A stretch of 64,000 bases of DNA, from assembly GCA_040285825.1 (NCBI GenBank), contig JAUPSS010000005.1:558001-622000 (forward strand), in the 5' to 3' direction. The position numbers were made by a program, and so were the translations under genes. Shown piece by piece: positions 57,848 to 64,000 of this stretch. Numbering within the stretch: position 1 is the first letter of the stretch; every line of letters starts with the position of its first letter. Under the pieces are notes generated by a model that saw nothing but the letters and a program-made list of their open reading frames with translations, was not told the origin of the DNA and made no database searches. This DNA comes from Eukaryota sp. TZLM1-RC. Lineage: Eukaryota > Protista > Metamonada: BaSk clade.

Positions 57848-59733
57848 TTCTGGTGCTGAGATTTCGTTTTTTTATCTTGCCAATATTTCAATCAAAGTTA
57901 TTATACTTTTTTTATAAAATTGTCATAATATAATAATTTGCCTAATTTTTTGCTAAATTTGTCGGACTTCTAGCATTGTAGTAGTGTTGCTGGTGTACAA
58001 ATTATAAAATTTGCTACTAGAATTTCAGGAATTCTGCATCATGTTTGTAAAGCAGCGATCAAATATGTATCAAAAAAAGCAGCGAAGTGGATTAATTCTT
58101 TTGAAATGAGTTGGAATAAACTGCAAACACAACACAGAAAAGATCAATCATACAGTCATCTACCAAATAGAGATGTCAGCTTACTCCAAGTTTGTTGTCA
58201 ACACAAGTGCCATCAAATGATGCCAAGTTCTCCCTTGGTGTCTAACTAACAAGGACTTGACAGAAAAACCGCTGCTTATAAGTGAGGGAGTTTAATGCAA
58301 AAATTGAAAGAATAATCCATTTCCACATCTTGACCTAATAACATTAATCTTGGTAATTACAAAGAACTAACTATTCATATTTATTGAAGCAACAAAGACA
58401 AATCTAATGATGATGAGGATGGTCTGGATCATCGTGATGGGGATCCCTGTGATGACCTCCTCTTCCCACCAATCTCCCTAACACCATAATGAAAGCAGGG
58501 ATTCCAATAATGGCAAGAACTAGAGAAATACGGGAGACAATACGGGCTCTACCATCTGAAGAATTCCAGAACTTCAAGTTGTAAAGCCAAATTGGAGGGA
58601 ATGGAATAACACAAACGACTAATAGAACCACAATGGATACACAAAAGTCATTGTTGTCGCGTTCATAGTTGGGGACTTGTCCAGTGGGCGACGTGTCCAC
58701 CTCATAAGCTGGAACAGGAGGGACATCATCGTCAATTTGAGCATACATATTAGGGGAAGGCATGAGGGTTAGTGAATTCGAAGTACACAGTCGGTTTAAG
58801 AGATGCAATCACGTCATCATTTTTGTAGTGGAAGGTTCCTCCTCACATTAAGAAATACAAGATCAAAGATTCAATCGATGAGTTGACGAGTAAGCCTCAC
58901 TTCCAAGCAACCAAAGGATGTGAAAGAGGTGATATCGGGGTTGCTTATAGTTTCTGAAGCAGTTTTTGAACCCTTTTTTTGCTCTGACACAAATAAAATT
59001 CATAGTGTTGTTTTATTCCTTGACGTGAATCACACCCTGTAGAGCTTCCGAAACTTGAGGTTCACAGAAATTATATTCACAATCCTAATTTGGTGGAAGA
59101 ATTATCGTTTTTTATCAAATTATACTGGACTACAAATCGATTGTTCTGACTAATTCCAGTATCAGCAACTTTATCTTCAATTACTTTGTAACAGGAAATT
59201 CTTCTCCAAAATTAATTGACTTTGTAAGTTTGGTTTTTGTGAACAGAATCTAAAGCTTATAGTCATGATGCGTTAATAGACTTATAACCAATTGATCATA
59301 TCAAAAGTATATCTCAAGATACAATTAATTATTCATTCAAAGATAGTTATCCTTTTTGTTGTTTCAATCAAACAAAATAGTTCGACTACATTTGTTACTC
59401 TTGAGACTATAAGAAATAGGTAATGAAAGAATGGAACTTTTGTTGAATTCTTTGTTTCTTATAGTTCGTAGTTTGGCAATGAACTCCTGTTTATTTCTTT
59501 TGAATTTCTTTCTTCTCCAAAAGATTGATTTTATGGCACTGTTTAGTAATTCTTTAGTAGTTTGAGGGTTTGAACAATCAATCTATTGTTCCATTCATCA
59601 GTGTTGAAAAAAATCTCACAAAACATTTATTTAAATCACAAAAAATTATAATCTTCACAATTAAAAACAATAACATTAAAAGCTCTACACAAATACAAAT
59701 CCTTTCAACAACTCTTTAAAGCCAAATTAGCAT
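56873..59733. repeat. Inverted segmental duplication, source copy
   Basis: Both genes that are truncated in copy 1 are intact at this locus. Confidence 0.95.
58404..58763 (-). CDS. 119-aa two-TM protein with His-rich C-tail (copy 2)
   Basis: Identical to 35294..35653. Confidence 0.75.
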   Translation of the reverse strand: MPSPNMYAQIDDDVPPVPAYEVDTSPTGQVPNYERDNNDFCVSIVVLLVVCVIPFPPIWLYNLKFWNSSDGRARIVSRISLVLAIIGIPAFIMVLGRLVGRGGHHRDPHHDDPDHPHHH

Positions 59734-61483
59734 AGTGGCGGACATCATTATCAATATCACCATTTTCAAGATCCTCTAACAAAGGCAAAACAGAATTTCG
59801 AACAATTGAGTCATCAACTAATGTGGTCAAATTTTGTAGAGACTTGACCACATTTAATCTAACATTTGGCACCTTGTCCTTTGCTAAATCCAAAACTACT
59901 GGCAAAACCTTGTTGATGACAACATCATTAGACAGAGTTTTGGCAATTTCAGTTAAGCACCTAAGCATTGACATTCTCAGTAAATAAGAATTATCATAGG
60001 AAAGTTTAATAATGTTTGGTAACAAAATATTAATGGTCCAATCATCACCAAAATGATTAGCAAGTTTGCCCAATTGGCTTATGGAAGCTTCACGGACACT
60101 GAATACTGTATCAGAAAGACCTCCCAAGCAGATATGAAGTAGATTATCTTTGAAATAACTTTGGTCAAAAAGCCCACTCAAAGTCGACATTTGCTCAATC
60201 AACTTCAATCGAACCCTCCATGATTGATCAGTTGCCAGGTTATTAATCGCTGGCACTAAAACATCATTCAAAGATCCTGCAAAGCGAGAATACACAGCTT
60301 CTAAATGGGAAATTACCTCAAGCCGCACGTCCGAAGAAGAATCTCGAAGCAAAACACGGTGTAATGGTAAGAGTTCTTTTTTGACCGCCTCTAATGGTAA
60401 TAATGAGCATAATTCTAATAAAGCAGGAGTAAATGTAGCTCTAACCACATCACTCTCATCATTGGAGAGCTGTCTGAACTGAGGAACCATTTCAGAAACT
60501 ACTAAATCAGAAGGAATGGTATCAGCAATAGCTACAATACGCCTACAAGCAGCTGATCTTACTTCCAGTTCCACATCACATAGCAGAGATCTAAAGTCCT
60601 TAATTAACATTGGCAACTTCATTGGGCGAGATTTGCTAAAGGAAGCCACAACTTTGGGGAAAACATCACCTGAAACGTAGCGAACTCTCCATGAACGGTC
60701 AGTGCAAAAGGAGCGAATTAGGGATACTAGCGAGTCTATGTCAGAAACCACACTTCTTTCGTTAGTTAGATGGAGATATGTGGCCATATCGGCGACAACT
60801 TCAAGGCCGAGTAGGCGAACAGAGTCTTGTTCGTCTTCTGAGAACCCCTTGAGAAGAGGGAGCAGGGTGCGGAACAGCGACACTTGTTGGGGGGTGGAGG
60901 TAACATTTTCAGAGATTGAGGTGAGGAGCGGAGACAGGGATTTCAGGCAGGATCGACGGACCATGGGGTTATCATCCTTTGAGAGACGTTGGTAGTAGGT
61001 GCATATGATGTCACGAGTGGAGGGGTCACCATAGGAGAATATGGATGGAAGAATGGGACAAAGGGATGCACGGGAGGTGAAGAAGCCAGTGAAGAGAGTT
61101 TCCATTAAGGGAGGGAGGTGTTCATTGACTTGTTCAGGGGAGAGGGTGGCTACAATAGACTTCATGGATTCGATCGCGGTGTTACGGACTAGAACCTCTT
61201 CTTGGGTGAGGAGGTGGGTAAGGACTGGGAAGATTGTGTGTGCATATGTAGGTCCGCCAACGTATTCCGTGAAATCACCGAGATGTTTGGCTAAGGAAAG
61301 GAGAACTGTATCGCTATCGTCGTCTGTACACTCAACAAGGAAAGGAAGAAGCTCATCTCGTGTTCGAGAATATCCGAGAGCAATAGCAATGGTCGAAAGC
61401 TTGTCCATAGCATGAAGTCGGATAAACTCATCGTCATTTCGTAGATCTTCAATTATAGTCTGCACATGTGATACTTCCGTCAT
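59705..61483 (-). CDS. PPP2R1A: Protein phosphatase 2A scaffold subunit A (PR65)
   Basis: LSTIAIALG..RTRDELLPF; HEAT repeats DNPMVRR, DEQDSVRL, SWRVRY and DKVPNVRLN; 592 aa. Confidence 0.95.
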   Translation of the reverse strand: MTEVSHVQTIIEDLRNDDEFIRLHAMDKLSTIAIALGYSRTRDELLPFLVECTDDDSDTVLLSLAKHLGDFTEYVGGPTYAHTIFPVLTHLLTQEEVLVRNTAIESMKSIVATLSPEQVNEHLPPLMETLFTGFFTSRASLCPILPSIFSYGDPSTRDIICTYYQRLSKDDNPMVRRSCLKSLSPLLTSISENVTSTPQQVSLFRTLLPLLKGFSEDEQDSVRLLGLEVVADMATYLHLTNERSVVSDIDSLVSLIRSFCTDRSWRVRYVSGDVFPKVVASFSKSRPMKLPMLIKDFRSLLCDVELEVRSAACRRIVAIADTIPSDLVVSEMVPQFRQLSNDESDVVRATFTPALLELCSLLPLEAVKKELLPLHRVLLRDSSSDVRLEVISHLEAVYSRFAGSLNDVLVPAINNLATDQSWRVRLKLIEQMSTLSGLFDQSYFKDNLLHICLGGLSDTVFSVREASISQLGKLANHFGDDWTINILLPNIIKLSYDNSYLLRMSMLRCLTEIAKTLSNDVVINKVLPVVLDLAKDKVPNVRLNVVKSLQNLTTLVDDSIVRNSVLPLLEDLENGDIDNDVRHYANLALKSC

Positions 61484-61948
61484 GAGACTCCTTGGAATAT
61501 GTAAGAAAGCTGAAGGCTGCTGGTTTGAATTTTGAATTTGTAATAAGATTGCTCAATATGAAAAGCTGAATATTCAATGAAACAACATCCAACAGCAAGA
61601 ACTCATTCCATTGATAACATATGGCCACTATTCTACATCAGTTGCTCTTTAATGTTCAGATAATTTTAGATAATGATTCAATCAACAACAATTAGATTTC
61701 TCCTATTTCAAAACTGTTCAAAATGAAGATTTTAAAAACTTTCAAATAACACTGCGACAACTGTGCAGCTGTACAGATGTCTGAATTCATACCTATTGCC
61801 ACTATTTCAAAAATTCAAATGTAGATTTATTTTTGTAGTTTGGATCAATCGGTTCTGTCTAAAGTGAATTTAATTCGAAAAAAAATATACAGAATAAAGT
61901 AATCAAAAAAAGAACAACTAACTACTAAATTGAACCTCAGACTACCAT

Positions 61949-62521
61949 CTATGCAGAGACCTTGACGCTTGCAGGATCTTTGAAAATATGCTGATAATAA
62001 TATTTCAATTCAGCAATACTTTCCACAATATCGTCCAATGCACGATGAGTAAGACGCTTAGCGAATCGAGGAAGCGTAGGGAACCTACGGAAAGACAACT
62101 CCTTGATGGTGGAGACGTCCACGATGCGATAATGAAGGTACTCATCTACCTTGGGGAAAAACTTCTTGATGAACACACGATCTGCATGTACAGTGTTTCC
62201 GGCAAGAACTGCTACGCGACGGTCACAGTGCTTCTTCAGAAAATCAAAAAGCATCTCATGTGCATGTTCTTCTGTAATCGTTGACTCACGCACTCTCTGG
62301 GTGAGCCCACTTTTTCCATGAGTGTTAGTGCACCACTCATCCATATTGTCAAGGAGAGAATCGGGTTGATGGATCACAATTGGACCCAATGAGTCCACTT
62401 CATTGAGTTCTGAATCAGTGATTATGGCTGCAATCTCCATTACACGGTCATCATCGCCCAGTCCGGTATATTCTCCGTCAAACCAGAAGAGAGGTTGAGA
62501 AACTTTTTGTGAAGTAGACAT
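61949..62521 (-). CDS. REXO2: Oligoribonuclease (DEDDh; Orn/REXO2)
   Basis: WFDGEYTGL, MDEWC..THGKSGL, LAGNTVHADR.F, LHYRIVDVSTIKEL and HRALDDIVESIAEL..Y motifs. Confidence 0.93.
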   Translation of the reverse strand: MSTSQKVSQPLFWFDGEYTGLGDDDRVMEIAAIITDSELNEVDSLGPIVIHQPDSLLDNMDEWCTNTHGKSGLTQRVRESTITEEHAHEMLFDFLKKHCDRRVAVLAGNTVHADRVFIKKFFPKVDEYLHYRIVDVSTIKELSFRRFPTLPRFAKRLTHRALDDIVESIAELKYYYQHIFKDPASVKVSA

Positions 62522-64000
62522 TAGCAAATAACACAAGAATGATAAAGAATTGATACAAATTGTGTTGATACAAATTGAGTATCGACTTATGTACATCTAC
62601 AAAGGGCATCTTATCAAGAACACCAGGTACCCATGGTTTCAATTAGAGAAAAATATCATGCCTTAAAGAGTGTTGGATAAAAGGACGATATTTCTGTTAT
62701 GGTCCTTCTGTTGTTCAATTGGCATCGATTGAAATCGCATCTGAATATGAAGCTATTGCACTGTATTTGTATTCCGGAGAATCTTTTTTCTGTGCAGCAT
62801 TTAAAGAGTTGTAAATTGGGGATTGTGGCATTCCCGTTTCAAGAATTGTGGTGTTCATTGACAACAAGATATAAGTACGTGTACTCCTTTAGAACTAAAA
62901 TTTGTGAATTTTCAGTTAGGGATTAAATACAAGCCAAAGTATATCTCAAAGGAATTCGTTTTTGATTTTTGTCATCGTACTTACCGTACACAGTAACCAT
63001 TACTTTGAATATGCAGCAATATGTTGAACTGGTGTTTTGTTGCTCTGATGCATTCAGGCTATGGTGTGGAAAAGTACATACTTAATAAACAGAAGGTTTG
63101 AAAACATTTTGGATTTGGGTTTTGTTAGTATCTAAAATAAATTGTTCGCTTTTTACAAACACCGATTCTTCTCATAATTAAATTGTCTTTCATTTATTAC
63201 TACTATTTTCCGAGCATCTTGAATAATAGAGAGTTTGGGTTAAGTTTATGCATCAAGGCGCTGAAATTGATATGTAAAATTTACAGCCGTTAATGTACAC
63301 GAAAACAAAATTATTCACAACAATTTATAACAAAAAGGGCTGTTATACACAAAATCTTAAACCTTTTCTTTAAATAACTGACACGTATCAGCAATCTCCT
63401 CAGTATCGACTCAATTTTTCACCTCTTCTTTGACAATCATGAATTTGATTTTGTCCTACTATTATTGTTAAAAATACAAGGAATGAGGAAAAAAACGTTG
63501 AAATTGTTTTCCAGTGCACAAGAACATCCGGAATCATTTACTGAAGCAAATATCAAAATTAATAACTTAATAGAAGGAACTGGAGGAAAAACGTTCAATT
63601 CAAATTTTCCGACATGTAACGCTTGGACCTTCGAAGTTAGTAGCCAAAGATTTGGGGGTATTTTATGGTCATTTTTTACAGATGATGAAATAACTGAGAA
63701 AAAAAGTAATTCAGCATAGAATTCAATGACTGATATTCAACGTATGAATCCAGAAGAACAAAATTTGATATGGTCATAGTTTTGGAAATTAATAGAACAT
63801 TTAGTAAAAAAAGGCTACAAACGTAACAACACCATCAAAATTTATGGTTTTGCAGCCTGTATTGAGGTTGCAGGAGAGGATTGTATTGGCATATCCTTCA
63901 AGCCTGATAGTGCAAAGTTTGCAACGTTTGAGAACTATTTGGATGATTTGGACGTTGAATTTTCCATGATCAAAACACCAAGTACGTAGTGACCACGGTA

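Noticed and set aside
60702-61415. Antisense ORFs over PP2A-A (also over the kinases, cathepsin and gag/pol)
   Set aside because: Shadow ORFs of GC-richer coding strands with no motifs.
63465-64000. Coding-like stretch at the window end
   Set aside because: Interrupted by stops and frameshifts; no identifiable product.

Overview
AT-rich nuclear DNA of a flagellated protist (DRC12 present) using the standard genetic code. About 19 host genes are separated by short spacers full of transposon debris. Host genes: CaMKK-like kinase, cathepsin B, COG2, LRR protein, CDK7-like kinase, ERCC1, ceramidase-like, eIF2B-beta, FAM177, DRC12/CCDC153, SLBP, saposin-like, RCC1-repeat surface protein, PP2A-A, oligoribonuclease and several unknowns. 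Mobile DNA: a full-length chromodomain Ty3/Gypsy element with 81-bp LTRs, about 13 fragments of RLE-type (CRE-like) non-LTR retrotransposons, a deleted MULE, and a Fanzor/TnpB C-terminal remnant. A ~2.9-kb inverted segmental duplication is also present. All nine inferred spliceosomal intron units are 26-32 nt, with GT..T at the 5' end and an invariant T(-9)/A(-7) branch position. The most striking observation is in the CDK7-like gene, where two such introns abut directly (AG|GT, zero-nucleotide exon), suggesting recursive splicing of tiny introns. All gene names come from motif recognition by eye; no database search was run.
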